This document shows, one piece after another, positions 39,275-53,140 of a stretch of 64,000 nt of DNA. The translations under genes were made by a program, and so were the position numbers. The notes beneath the pieces are model-generated. The model ran no database searches. It was not told the DNA's origin and saw only the letters and a program-made list of their open reading frames with translations. The stretch's first letter is position 1, and every line of letters starts with the position of its first letter. Origin of the DNA: Eledone cirrhosa (taxonomy: Eukaryota). Location of the stretch: contig OZ024752.1 of the NCBI GenBank assembly GCA_964016885.1, positions 16,554,001 through 16,618,000 on the forward strand, in the 5' to 3' direction.

Positions 39275-41975
39275 GATCACTCTGATGTCAGCCAAGTGTG
39301 GTAGTCTGTCTAGGGGAAGGATCACTCTGATGTCAGCCGTGTGTGGCAGTCTGTTATGGGAAGGATCACTCTGATGTCAGCCGTGTGTGGCAGTCTGTCT
39401 AGGGGAAGGATCACTCTGATGTCAGCCGTGTGTGGTAGTCTGTCTAGGGGAAGGATCACTCTGATGTCAGCCGTGTGTGGTAGTCTGTCTAAAGGAAGGA
39501 TCACTCTGATGTCAGCTGTGTGTGGTAGTCTGTCTAAGAGAAGGATCACTCTGATGTCAGCTGTGTGTGGTAGTCTGTCTAGGTGAAGGATCACTCTGAT
39601 GTCAGCCGTGTGTGGTAGTCTGTCTAAGGGAAGGATCACTCTGATGTCAGCCGTGTGTGGTAGTCTGCTAAGGGAAGGATCACTCTGATGTCAGCTGTGT
39701 GTGGTAGTCTGCCTAAGGGAAGGATCACTCTGATGTCAGCTGTGTGTGGTAGTCTGTCTAGGTGAAGGATCACTCTGATGTCAGCCGTGTGTGGTAGCCT
39801 GTCTAAGGTAAGGATCACTCTGATGTCAGCCGTGTGTGGTAGTCTGTTATGGGAAGGATCACTCTGATGTCAGCCGTGTGTGGTAGTCTGTCTAGGTGAA
39901 GGATCACTCTGATGTCAGTCGTGTGTGGTAGTCTGTCTAGGTGAAGGATCACTCTGATGTCAGCCGTGTGTGGTAGTCTGTCTAAGGGAAGGATCACTCT
40001 GATGTCAGCGTGTGTGGTAGTCTGTCTAAGGGAAGGATCACTCTGATGTCAGCCGTGTGTGGTAGTCTGTCTAGGGGAAGGATCACTCAGATGTCAGCCA
40101 AGTGTGGTAGTCTGTCTAGGGGAAGGATCACTCTGATGTCAGCCGTGTGTGGTAGTCTGTCTATGGGAAGGATCACTCTGATGTCAGCCGTGTGAGGTAG
40201 TCTGTCTAGGGGAAGGATCACTCTGATGTCAGCCAAGTGTGGTAGTCTGTCTAGGTGAAGGATCACCCTGATGTCAGCCGTGTGTGGTAGTCTGTTATGG
40301 GAAGGATCACTCTGATGTCAGCCGTGTGTGGTAGTCTGTTATGGGAAGGATCAGTCTGATGTCAGCCGTGTGTGGTAGTCTGTCTAGGGGAAGGATCACT
40401 CTGATGTCAGCCGTGTGTGGTAGTCTGTCTAGGGGAAGGATCACTCTGATGTCAGCCGTGTGTGGTAGTCTGTCTAGGGGAAGGATCACTCTGATGTCAG
40501 CCGTGTGTGGCAGTCTGTCAAAGGGAAGGATCACTGTGATGTCAGCCGTGTGTGGTAGTCTTTCTAGGGGAAGGATCACTCTGATGTCAGCCGTGTGTGG
40601 TAGTCTGTTATGGGAAGGATCACTCTGATGTCAGCCAAGTGTGGTAGTCTGTCTAGGGGAAGGATCACTCTGATGTCAGCCGTGTGTGGCAGTCTGTTAT
40701 GGGAAGGATCACTCTGATGTCAGCCGTGTGTGGCAGTCTGTCTAGGGGAAGGATCACTCTGATGTCAGCCGTGTGTGGTAGTCTGTCTAGGGGAAGGATC
40801 ACTCTGATGTCAGCCGTGTGTGGTAGTCTGTCTAAAGGAAGGATCACTCTGATGTCAGCTGTGTGTGGTAGTCTGTCTAAGAGAAGGATCACTCTGATGT
40901 CAGCTGTGTGTGGTAGTCTGTCTAGGTGAAGGATCACTCTGATGTCAGCCGTGTGTGGTAGTCTGTCTAAGGGAAGGATCACTCTGATGTCAGCCGTGTG
41001 TGGTAGTCTGCTAAGGGAAGGATCACTCTGATGTCAGCTGTGTGTGGTAGTCTGCCTAAGGGAAGGATCACTCTGATGTCAGCTGTGTGTGGTAGTCTGT
41101 CTAGGTGAAGGATCACTCTGATGTCAGCCGTGTGTGGTAGCCTGTCTAAGGTAAGGATCACTCTGATGTCAGCCGTGTGTGGTAGTCTGTTATGGGAAGG
41201 ATCACTCTGATGTCAGCCGTGTGTGGTAGTCTGTCTAGGTGAAGGATCACTCTGATGTCAGTCGTGTGTGGTAGTCTGTCTAGGTGAAGGATCACTCTGA
41301 TGTCAGCCGTGTGTGGTAGTCTGTCTAAGGGAAGGATCACTCTGATGTCAGCGTGTGTGGTAGTCTGTCTAAGGGAAGGATCACTCTGATGTCAGCCGTG
41401 TGTGGTAGTCTGTCTAGGGGAAGGATCACTCAGATGTCAGCCAAGTGTGGTAGTCTGTCTAGGGGAAGGATCACTCTGATGTCAGCCGTGTGTGGTAGTC
41501 TGTCTATGGGAAGGATCACTCTGATGTCAGCCGTGTGAGGTAGTCTGTCTAGGGGAAGGATCACTCTGATGTCAGCCAAGTGTGGTAGTCTGTCTAGGTG
41601 AAGGATCACCCTGATGTCAGCCGTGTGTGGTAGTCTGTTATGGGAAGGATCACTCTGATGTCAGCCGTGTGTGGTAGTCTGTTATGGGAAGGATCAGTCT
41701 GATGTCAGCCGTGTGTGGTAGTCTGTCTAGGGGAAGGATCACTCTGATGTCAGCCGTGTGTGGTAGTCTGTCTAGGGGAAGGATCACTCTGATGTCAGCC
41801 GTGTGTGGTAGTCTGTCTAGGGGAAGGATCACTCTGATGTCAGCCGTGTGTGGCAGTCTGTCAAAGGGAAGGATCACTGTGATGTCAGCCGTGTGTGGTA
41901 GTCTTTCTAGGGGAAGGATCACTCTGATGTCAGCCGTGTGTGGTAGTCTGTTATGGGAAGGATCACTCTGATGTC
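39275..41975 (+). repeat. Near-identical tandem block duplication, unit 1,343 bp (~30 monomers)
   Basis: Identical ORFs at 39322/40665, 39636/40979, 39815/41158, 40010/41353 and 40307/41650. Shared rare variants include AAGAGAAG, CTAAGGTAAG, GTGAGG, CACTGTGAT and TCTTTCT. Confidence 0.92.
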
Positions 41976-44899
41976 AGCCGTGTGTGGTAGTCTGTCTAGG
42001 GGAAGGATCACTCTGATGTCAGCCGTGTGTGGTAGTCTGTCTAGGTGAAGGATCACACTGATGTCAGCCGTGTGTGGTAGTCTGTCTAGGGGAAGGATCA
42101 CTCTGATGTCAGCCGTGTGTGGTAGTCTGTCTAGGTGAAGGATCACTCTGATGTTAGCCGTGTGTGGTAGTCTGTCTAGGTGAAGGATCACTCTGATGTC
42201 AGCGTGTGTGGTAGTCTGTCTAAGGGTAGGATCACTCTGATGTCAGCCGTGTGGGGGTAGTCTGTCTAGGGGAAGGATCACTCCGATGTTAGCCGTGTGT
42301 GGTAGTCTGTTATGGGAAGGATCACTCTGATGTCAGCCGTGTATGGTGGTCTGTTATGGGAAGGATCACTCCGATGTCAGCTGTGTGTGGTAGTCTGTTA
42401 TGGGAAGGATCACTCCGATGTCAGCCGTGTGTGGTAGTCTGTCTAGGGGAAGGATCACTCTGATGTCAGCTGTGTGTGGCAGTCTGTCTAGGGGAAGGAT
42501 CACTCAGATGTCAGCCAAGTGTGGTAGTCTGTCTAGGGGAAGGATCACTCTGATGTCAGCCATGTGTGGTAGTCTGTCTATGGGAAGGATCACTCTGATG
42601 TCAGCCGTGTGTGGTAGTCTATCTAGGGGAAGGATCACTCTGATGTCAGCCAAGTGTGGTAGTCTATCTAGGTGAAGGATCACCCTGATGTCAGCCGTGT
42701 GTGGTAGTCTGTTATGGGAAGGATCACTCTGATGTCAGCCGTGTGTGGTAGTCTGTTATGGGAAGGATCACTCTGATGTCAGCCGTGTGTGGTAGTCTGT
42801 CTAGGGGAAGGATCACTCTGATGTCAGCCGTGTGTGGTAGTCTGTCTAGGGGAAGGATGACTCTGATGTCAGCCTGTGTGGTAGTCTGTCTAAGGGAAGG
42901 ATCACTCTGATGTCAGCCGTGTGTGGTAGTCTGTCTAAGGGTAGGATCACTCTGATGTCAGTCATGTGTGGTAGTCTGTTATGGGAAGGATCACTCTGAT
43001 GTCAGCCGCGTGTGGTAGTCTGTCTAGGGGAAGGATCACTCTGATGTCAGCCGTGTGTGGCAGTCTGTTATGGGAGGGATCACTCTGATGTCCGCCGTGT
43101 GTGGTAGTCTGTCTAGTGGAAGGATCACTCTGATGTCAGCCGTGTGTGGTAGTCTGTCTAGGGGAAGGATCACTCTGATGTCAGCCGTGTGTGGTAGTCT
43201 GTCTAGGGGAAGGATCACTCTGATGTCAGCCGTGTGTGGTAGTCTGTCTAGGGGAAGGATCACTCTGATGTCAGCCAAGTGTGGTAGTCTGTTATGGGAA
43301 GGATCACTCTGATGTCAGCCATGTGTGGTAGTCTGTCTAGGGGAAGGATCACTCTGATGTCAGCCGTGTGTGGTAGTCTGTCTAGGGGAAGGATCACTCT
43401 GATGTCAGCCGTGTGTGGTAGTCTGTCTAAAGGAAGGATCACTCTGATGTCAGCTGTGTGTGGTAGTCTGTCTAAGAGAAGGATCACTCTGATGTCAGCT
43501 GTGTGTGGTAGTCTGTCTAGGTGAAGGATCACTCTGATGTCAGCCGTGTGTGGTAGCCTGTCTAAGGGAAGGATCACTCTTATGTCAGCCGTGTGTGGTA
43601 GTCTGTTATGGGAAGGATCACTCTGATGTCAGCCGTGTGTGGTAGTCTGTTATGGGAAGGATCACTCTGATGTCAGCCGTGTGTGGTAGTCTGTCTAAGG
43701 GAAGGATCACTCTGATGTCAGCCGTGTGTGGTAGTCTGCTAAGGGAAGGATCACTCTGATGTCAGCTGTGTGTGGTAGTCTGTCTAAGGGAAGGATCACT
43801 CTGATGTCAGCTGTGTGTGGTAGTCTGTCTAGGTGAAGGATCACTCTGATGTCAGCCGTGTGTGGTAGCCTGTCTAAGGGAAGGATCACTCTTATGTCAG
43901 CCGTGTGTGGTAGTCTGTTATGGGAAGGATCACTCTGATGTCAGCCGTGTGTGGTAGTCTGTCTAGGTGAAGGATCACTCTGATGTCAGCTGTGTGTGGT
44001 AGTCTGTCTAGGTGAAGGATCACTCTGATGTCAGCCGTGTGTGGTAGTCTGTCTAAGGGAAGGATCACTCTGATGTCAGCGTGTGTGGTAGTCTGTCTAA
44101 GGGAAGGATCACTCTGATATCAGCCGTGTGTGGTTGTCTGTCTAGGGGAAGGATCACTCAGATGTCAGCCAAGTGTGGTAGTCTGTCTAGGGGAAGGATC
44201 ACTCTGATGTCAGCCGTGTGTGGTAGTCTGTCTATGGGAAGGATCACTCTGATGTCAGCCGTGTGTGGTAGTCTGTCTAGGGGAAGGACCACTCTGATGT
44301 CAGCCAAGTGTGGTAGTCTGTCTAGGTGAAGGATAACCCTGATGTCAGCCGTGTGTGGTAGTCTGTTATGGGAAGGATTACTCTGATGTCAGCTGTGTGT
44401 GGTAGTCTGTTATGGGAAGGATCACTCTGATGTCAGCCGTGTGTGGTAGTCTATCTAGGTGAAGGATCACTCTGATGTCAGCCGTGTGTGGTAGTCTGTC
44501 TAGGTGAAGGATCACTCTGATGTCAGCGTGTGTGGTAGTCTGTCTAAGGGAAGGATCACTCTGATGTCAGCCGTGTGGGGTAGTCTGTCTAGGGGAAGGA
44601 TCACTCCGATGTCAGCCGTGTGTGGTAGTCTGTTATGGGAAGGATCACTCTGATGTCAGCCGTGTGTGGTAGTCTGCTATGGGAAGGATCATTCTGATGT
44701 CAGCTGTGTGTGGTAGTCTGTTATGGGAAGGATCACTCCGATGTCAGCCGTGTGTGGTAGTCTGTCTAGGGGAAGGATCACTCTGATGTCAGCTGTGTGT
44801 GGTAGTCTTTTATGGGAAGGATCACTCTGATGTCAGCCGTGTGTGGTAGTCTGTTATGGGAAGGATCACTCTGATGTCAGTCGTGTGTGGTAGTCTGTC

Positions 44900-47800
44900 T
44901 AGGGGAAGGATCACTCTGATGTCAGTCGTGTGTGGTAGTCTGTCTAGGGGAAGGATCACTCTGATGTCAGCCGTGTGTGGTAGTCTGTCTAGGGGAAGGA
45001 TCACTCTGATGTCAGCTGTGTGTGGCAGTCTGTCTACGGGAAGGATCACTCTGATGTCAGCCATGTGTGGTAGTCTGTCTAGAGGAAGGATCACTCTGAC
45101 GTCAGCCGTGTGTGGTATTCTGTTATGGGAAGGATCACTCTGATGTCAGCCGTGTGTGGTAGTCTGTCTAGGGGAAGGATCACTCTGATGTCAGCCGTGT
45201 GTGGTAGTCTGTCTAGGGGAAGGATCACTCTGATGTCAGCCGTGTGTGGTAGTCTGTCTAGGGGGAGGATCACTCTGATGTGAGCCGTGTGTGGTAGTCT
45301 GTCTAGGTGAAGGATCACTCTGATGTCAGCTGTGTGTGGTAGTCTGTCTAGGGGAAGGATCACTCTGATGTCAGCCATGTGTGGTAGTCTGTCTAGGGGA
45401 AGGATCACTTTGATGTCAGCCACGTGTGGTAGTCTGTCTAGGTGAAGGATCACTCTGATGTCAGCCGTGTGTGGTAGTCTGTCTAGGTGAAGGATCACTC
45501 TGATGTCAGCCAAGTGTGGTAGTCTGTCTAGGGGAAGGATCACTCTGATGTCAGCCGTGTGTGGTAGTCTGTTATGGGAAGGATCACTCTGATGTCAGCC
45601 GTGTGTGGTAGTCTGTCTAGGTGAAGGATCACTCTGATATCAGCCGTGTGTGGTAGTCTGTCTAGGTGAAGGATCACTCTGATGTCAGCCAAGTGTGGTA
45701 GTATGTCTAGGGGAAGGATCACTCTGATGTCAGCCGTGTGTGGTAGTCTGTTATGGGAAGGATCACTCTGATGTCAGCCGTGTGTGGTAGTCTGTCTAGG
45801 TGAAGGATCACTCTGATGTCAGTCGTGTGTGGTAGTCTGTCTAGGTGAAGGATCACTCTGATGTCAGCCGTGTGTGGTAGTCTGTCTAGGGGAAGGATCA
45901 CTCTGATGTCAGCCTGTGTGGTAGTCTGTCTAAAGGAAGGATCACTCTGATGTCAGCCGTGTGTGGTAGTCTGTCTAAGGGAAGGATCACTCTGATGTCA
46001 GTCATGTGTGGTAGTCTGTTATGGGAAGGATCACTCTGATGTCAGCCGTGTGTGGTAGTCTGTCTAGGGGAAGGATCACTCTGATGTCAGCCGTGTGTGG
46101 CAGTCTGTTATGGGAAGGATCACTCTGATGTCAGCCGTGTGTGGTAGTCTGTCTAGGGGAAGGATCAGTCTGATGTCAGCCGTGTGTGGTAGTCTGTCTA
46201 GGGGAAGGATCACTCTGATGTCAGCCGTGTGTGGTAGTCTGTCTAGGGGAAGGATCACTCTGATGTCAGCTGTGTGTGGTAGTCTATCTAGGGGAAGGAT
46301 CACTCTGATGTCAGCCATGTGTGGTAGTCTGTCTAGCGGAAGGATCGCTCTGATGTCAGCCACGTGTGGTAGTCTGTCTAGGTGAATGATCACTCTGATG
46401 TCAGCCGTGTGTGGTAGTCTGTTATGGGAAGGATCACTCTGATGTCAGCTGTGTGTGGGAGTCTGTTATGGGAAGGATCACTCTGATGTCAGCTGTGTGT
46501 GGTAGTCTGTTATGGGAAGGATCACTCTGATGTCAGCCGTGTGTGGTAGTCTGTTATGGGAAGGATCACTCTGATGTCAGCCAAGTGTGGTAGTCTGTCT
46601 AGGGGAAGGATCACTCTGATGTCAGCCGTGTGTGGTAGTCTGTCTAGGGGAAGGATCACTCTGATGTCAGCTGTGTGTGGTAGTCTATCTAGGGGAAGGA
46701 TCACTCTGATGTCAGCCATGTGTGGTAGTCTGTCTAGCGGAAGGATCACTCTGATGTCAGCCACGTGTGGTAGTCTGTCTAGGTGAAGGATCACTCTGAT
46801 GTCAGCCGTGTGTGGTAGTCTGTTATGGGAAGGATCACTCTGATGTCAGCTGTGTGTGGGAGTCTGTTATGGGAAGGATCACTCTGATGTCAGCTGTGTG
46901 TGGTAGTCTGTTATGGGAAGGATCACTCTGATGTCAGCCGTGTGTGGTAGTCTGTTATGGGAAGGATCACTCTGATGTCAGCCAAGTGTGGTAGTCTGTC
47001 TAGGGGAAGGATCACTCTGATGTCAGCCGTGTGTGGTAGTCTGTTATGGGAAGGATCACTCTGATGTCAGCCGTGTGTGGTAGTCTGTTATGGGAAGGAT
47101 CACTCCGATGTCAGCCGTGTGTGGTAGTCTGTTTAGGGGAAGGATCACTCTGATGTCAGCCGTGTGTGGTAGTATGTCTAGGGGAAGGATCACTCTGATG
47201 TCAGCCGTGTGTGGTAGTCTGTCTAGGGGAAGGATCACTCTGATGTCAGCCGTGTGTGGTAGTCTGTCTAGGGGAAGGATCACTCTGATGTCAGCCAAGT
47301 GTGGTAGTCTGTCTAGGGGAAGGATCACTCTGATGTCAGCCGTGTGTGGCAGTCTGTTATGGGAAGGATCACTCTGATGTCAGCCGTGTGTGGTAGTCTG
47401 TCTAGGGGAAGGATCACTCTGATGTCAGCCGTGTGTGGTAGTCTGTCTAGGGGAAGGATCACTCTGATGTCAGCCGTGTGTGGTAGTCTGTCTAGGGGAA
47501 GGATCACTCTGATGTCAGCCAAGTGTGGTAGTCTGTCTAGGGGAAGGATCACTCTGATGTCAGCCGCGTGTGGCAGTCTGTCTTGGTGAAGGATCACTCT
47601 GATGTCAGCGTGTGTGGTAGTCTGTCTAAGGGAAGGATTACTCTGATGTCAGCCGTGTGTGGTAGTCTGTCTAGGGGAAGGATCACTCTGATGTCAGCCG
47701 TGTGTGGTAGTCTGTCTAGGGGAAGGATCACTCTGATGTCAGCCGTGTGTGGTAGTCTGTCTAGGGGAAGGATCACTCTGATGTCAGCCGTGTGTGGTAG

Positions 47801-50800
47801 TCTGTCTAGGGGAAGGATCACTCTGATGTCAGCCGTGTGTGGTAGTCTGTCTAGGGGGAGGATCACTCTGATGTGAGCCGTGTGTGGTAGTCTGTCTAGG
47901 TGAAGGATCACTCTGATGTCAGCTGTGTGTGGTAGTCTGTCTAGGGGAAGGATCACTCTGATGTCAGCCATGTGTGGTAGTCTGTCTAGGGGAAGTATCA
48001 CTTTGATGTCAGCCACGTGTGGTAGTCTGTCTAGGTGAAGGATCATTCTGATGTCAGCCGTGTGTGGTAGTCTGTCTAGGTGAAGGATCACTCTGATGTC
48101 AGCCAAGTGTGGTAGTCTGTCTAGGGGAAGGATCACTCTGATGTCAGCCGTGTGTGGTAGTCTGTTATGGGAAGGATCACTCTGATGTCAGCCGTGTGTG
48201 GTAGTCTGTCTAGGTGAAGGATCACTCTGATATCAGCCGTGTGTGGTAGTCTGTCTAGGTGAAGGATCACTCTGATGTCAGCCAAGTGTGGTAGTATGTC
48301 TAGGGGAAGGATCACTCTGATGTCAGCCGTGTGTGGTAGTCTGTCTAGGTGAAGGATCACTCTGATGTCAGTCGTGTGTGGTAGTCTGTCTAGGTGAAGG
48401 ATCACTCTGATGTCAGCCGTGTGTGGTAGTCTGTCTAGGGGAAGGATCACTCTGATGTCAGTCTGTGTGGTAGTCTGTCTAAAGGAAGGATCACTCTGAT
48501 GTCAGCCGTGTGTGGTAGTCTGTCTAAGGGAAGGATCACTCTGATGTCAGTCATGTGTGGTAGTCTGTTATGGGAAGGATCACTCTGATGTCAGCCGTGT
48601 GTGGTAGTCTGTCTAGGGGAAGGATCAGTCTGATGTCAGCCGTGTGTGGTAGTCTGTCTAGGGGAAGGATCACTCTGATGTCAGCCGTGTGTGGTAGTCT
48701 GTCTAGGGGAAGGATCACTCTGATGTCAGCTGTGTGTGGTAGTCTATCTAGGGGAAGGATCACTCTGATGTCAGCCATGTGTGGTAGTCTGTCTAGCGGA
48801 AGGATCGCTCTGATGTCAGCCACGTGTGGTAGTCTGTCTAGGTGAATGATCACTCTGATGTCAGCCGTGTGTGGTAGTCTGTTATGGGAAGGATCACTCT
48901 GATGTCAGCTGTGTGTGGGAGTCTGTTATGGGAAGGATCACTCTGATGTCAGCTGTGTGTGGTAGTCTGTTATGGGAAGGATCACTCTGATGTCAGCCGT
49001 GTGTGGTAGTCTGTTATGGGAAGGATCACTCTGATGTCAGCCAAGTGTGGTAGTCTGTCTAGGGGAAGGATCACTCTGATGTCAGCCGTGTGTGGTAGTC
49101 TGTCTAGGGGAAGGATCACTCTGATGTCAGCTGTGTGTGGTAGTCTATCTAGGGGAAGGATCACTCTGATGTCAGCCATGTGTGGTAGTCTGTCTAGCGG
49201 AAGGATCACTCTGATGTCAGCCACGTGTGGTAGTCTGTCTAGGTGAAGGATCACTCTGATGTCAGCCGTGTGTGGTAGTCTGTTATGGGAAGGATCACTC
49301 TGATGTCAGCTGTGTGTGGGAGTCTGCTATGGGAAGGATCACTCTGATGTCAGCTGTGTGTGGTAGTCTGTTATGGGAAGGATCACTCTGATGTCAGCCG
49401 TGTGTGGTAGTCTGTTATGGGAAGGATCACTCTGATGTCAGCCAAGTGTGGTAGTCTGTCTAGGGGAAGGATCACTCTGATGTCAGCCGTGTGTGGTAGT
49501 CTGTTATGGGAAGGATCACTCTGATGTCAGCCGTGTGTGGTAGTCTGTTATGGGAAGGATCACTCCGATGTCAGCCGTGTGTGGTAGTCTGTTTAGGGGA
49601 AGGATCACTCTGATGTCAGCCGTGTGTGGTAGTATGTCTAGGGGAAGGATCACTCTGATGTCAGCCGTGTGTGGTAGTCTGTCTAGGGGAAGGATCACTC
49701 TGATGTCAGCCGTGTGTGGTAGTCTGTCTAGGGGAAGGATCACTCTGATGTCAGCCAAGTGTGGTAGTCTGTCTAGGGGAAGGATCACTCTGATGTCAGT
49801 CGTGTGTGGTAGTCTGTCTAGGGGAAGGATCACTCTGATGTCAGCCGTGTGTGGTAGTCTGTCTAGGGGAAGGATCACTCTGATGTCAGCTGTGTGTGGC
49901 AGTCTGTCTACGGGAAGGATCACTCTGATGTCAGCCATGTGTGGTAGTCTGTCTAGAGGAAGGATCACTCTGACGTCAGCCGTGTGTGGTATTCTGTTAT
50001 GGGAAGGATCACTCTGATGTCAGCCGTGTGTGGTAGTCTGTCTAGGGGAAGGATCACTCTGATGTCAGCCGTGTGTGGTAGTCTGTCTAGGGGAAGGATC
50101 ACTCTGATGTCAGCCGTGTGTGGTAGTCTGTCTAGGGGGAGGATCACTCTGATGTGAGCCGTGTGTGGTAGTCTGTCTAGGTGAAGGATCACTCTGATGT
50201 CAGCTGTGTGTGGTAGTCTGTCTAGGGGAAGGATCACTCTGATGTCAGCCATGTGTGGTAGTCTGTCTAGGGGAAGGATCACTTTGATGTCAGCCACGTG
50301 TGGTAGTCTGTCTAGGTGAAGGATCACTCTGATGTCAGCCAAGTGTGGTAGTCTGTCTAGGGGAAGGATCACTCTGATGTCAGCCGTGTGTGGTAGTCTG
50401 TTATGGGAAGGATCACTCTGATGTCAGCCGTGTGTGGTAGTCTGTCTAGGTGAAGGATCACTCTGATATCAGCCGTGTGTGGTAGTCTGTCTAGGTGAAG
50501 GATCACTCTGATGTCAGCCAAGTGTGGTAGTATGTCTAGGGGAAGGATCACTCTGATGTCAGCCGTGTGTGGTAGTCTGTTATGGGAAGGATCACTCTGA
50601 TGTCAGCCGTGTGTGGTAGTCTGTCTAGGTGAAGGATCACTCTGATGTCAGTCGTGTGTGGTAGTCTGTCTAGGTGAAGGATCACTCTGATGTCAGCCGT
50701 GTGTGGTAGTCTGTCTAGGGGAAGGATCACTCTGATGTCAGCCTGTGTGGTAGTCTGTCTAAAGGAAGGATCACTCTGATGTCAGCCGTGTGTGGTAGTC

Positions 50801-53140
50801 TGTCTAAGGGAAGGATCACTCTGATGTCAGTCATGTGTGGTAGTCTGTTATGGGAAGGATCACTCTGATGTCAGCCGTGTGTGGTAGTCTGTCTAGGGGA
50901 AGGATCACTCTGATGTCAGCCGTGTGTGGCAGTCTGTTATGGGAAGGATCACTCTGATGTCAGCCGTGTGTGGTAGTCTGTCTAGGGGAAGGATCAGTCT
51001 GATGTCAGCCGTGTGTGGTAGTCTGTCTAGGGGAAGGATCACTCTGATGTCAGCCGTGTGTGGTAGTCTGTCTAGGGGAAGGATCACTCTGATGTCAGCT
51101 GTGTGTGGTAGTCTATCTAGGGGAAGGATCACTCTGATGTCAGCCATGTGTGGTAGTCTGTCTAGCGGAAGGATCGCTCTGATGTCAGCCACGTGTGGTA
51201 GTCTGTCTAGGTGAATGATCACTCTGATGTCAGCCGTGTGTGGTAGTCTGTTATGGGAAGGATCACTCTGATGTCAGCTGTGTGTGGGAGTCTGTTATGG
51301 GAAGGATCACTCTGATGTCAGCTGTGTGTGGTAGTCTGTTATGGGAAGGATCACTCTGATGTCAGCCGTGTGTGGTAGTCTGTTATGGGAAGGATCACTC
51401 TGATGTCAGCCAAGTGTGGTAGTCTGTCTAGGGGAAGGATCACTCTGATGTCAGCCGTGTGTGGTAGTCTGTCTAGGGGAAGGATCACTCTGATGTCAGC
51501 TGTGTGTGGTAGTCTATCTAGGGGAAGGATCACTCTGATGTCAGCCATGTGTGGTAGTCTGTCTAGCGGAAGGATCACTCTGATGTCAGCCACGTGTGGT
51601 AGTCTGTCTAGGTGAAGGATCACTCTGATGTCAGCCGTGTGTGGTAGTCTGTTATGGGACGGATCACTCTGATGTCAGCTGTGTGTGGGAGTCTGTTATG
51701 GGAAGGATCACTCTGATGTCAGCTGTGTGTGGTAGTCTGTTATGGGAAGGATCACTCTGATGTCAGCCGTGTGTGGTAGTCTGTTATGGGAAGGATCACT
51801 CTGATGTCAGCCAAGTGTGGTAGTCTGTCTAGGGGAAGGATCACTCTGATGTCAGCCGTGTGTGGTAGTCTGTTATGGGAAGGATCACTCTGATGTCAGC
51901 CGTGTGTGGTAGTCTGTTATGGGAAGGATCACTCCGATGTCAGCCGTGTGTGGTAGTCTGTTTAGGGGAAGGATCACTCTGATGTCAGCCGTGTGTGGTA
52001 GTATGTCTAGGGGAAGGATCACTCTGATGTCAGCCGTGTGTGGTAGTCTGTCTAGGGGAAGGATCACTCTGATGTCAGCCGTGTGTGGTAGTCTGTCTAG
52101 GGGAAGGATCACTCTGATGTCAGCCAAGTGTGGTAGTCTGTCTAGGGGAAGGATCACTCTGATGTCAGCCGTGTGTGGCAGTCTGTTATGGGAAGGATCA
52201 CTCTGATGTCAGCCGTGTGTGGTAGTCTGTCTAGGGGAAGGATCACTCTGATGTCAGCCGTGTGTGGTAGTCTGTCTAGGGGAAGGATCACTCTGATGTC
52301 AGCCGTGTGTGGTAGTCTGTCTAGGGGAAGGATCACTCTGATGTCAGCCAAGTGTGGTAGTCTGTCTAGGGGAAGGATCACTCTGATGTCAGCCGTGTGT
52401 GGCAGTCTGTCTTGGTGAAGGATCACTCTGATGTCAGCGTGTGTGGTAGTCTGTCTAAGGGAAGGATTACTCTGATGTCAGCCGTGTGTGGTAGTCTGTC
52501 TAGGGGAAGGATCACTCTGATGTCAGCCGTGTGTGGTAGTCTGTCTAGGGGAAGGATCACTCTGATGTCAGCCGTGTGTGGTAGTCTGTCTAGGGGAAGG
52601 ATCACTCTGATGTCAGCCGTGTGTGGTAGTCTGTCTAGGGGAAGGATCACTCTGATGTCAGCCGTGTGTGGTAGTCTGTCTAGGGGGAGGATCACTCTGA
52701 TGTGAGCCGTGTGTGGTAGTCTGTCTAGGTGAAGGATCACTCTGATGTCAGCTGTGTGTGGTAGTCTGTCTAGGGGAAGGATCACTCTGATGTCAGCCAT
52801 GTGTGGTAGTCTGTCTAGGGGAAGGATCACTTTGATGTCAGCCACGTGTGGTAGTCTGTCTAGGTGAAGGATCACTCTGATGTCAGCCGTGTGTGGTAGT
52901 CTGTCTAGGTGAAGGATCACTCTGATGTCAGCCAAGTGTGGTAGTCTGTCTAGGGGAAGGATCACTCTCATGTCAGCCGTATGTGGTAGTCTGTTATGGG
53001 AAGGATCACTCTGATGTCAGCCGTGTGTGGTAGTCTGTCTAGGTGAAGGATCACTCTGATATCAGCCGTGTGTGGTAGTCTGTCTAGGTGAAGGATCACT
53101 CTGATGTCAGCCAAGTGTGGTAGTATGTCTAGGGGAAGGA
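44900..53140 (+). repeat. Block duplication, offset 4,874/4,829 bp (~44.9-48.3 kb vs ~49.8-53.1 kb), with a nested 2,460-bp-offset copy
   Basis: TGACGTCA at 45097/49971 (offset 4,874). After loss of one monomer, ORF pairs 45540/50369, 46076/50905, 46522/51351, 47056/51885 and 47594/52423 sit at offset 4,829. Pairs 46522/48982 and 47056/49516 sit at 2,460. Confidence 0.85.
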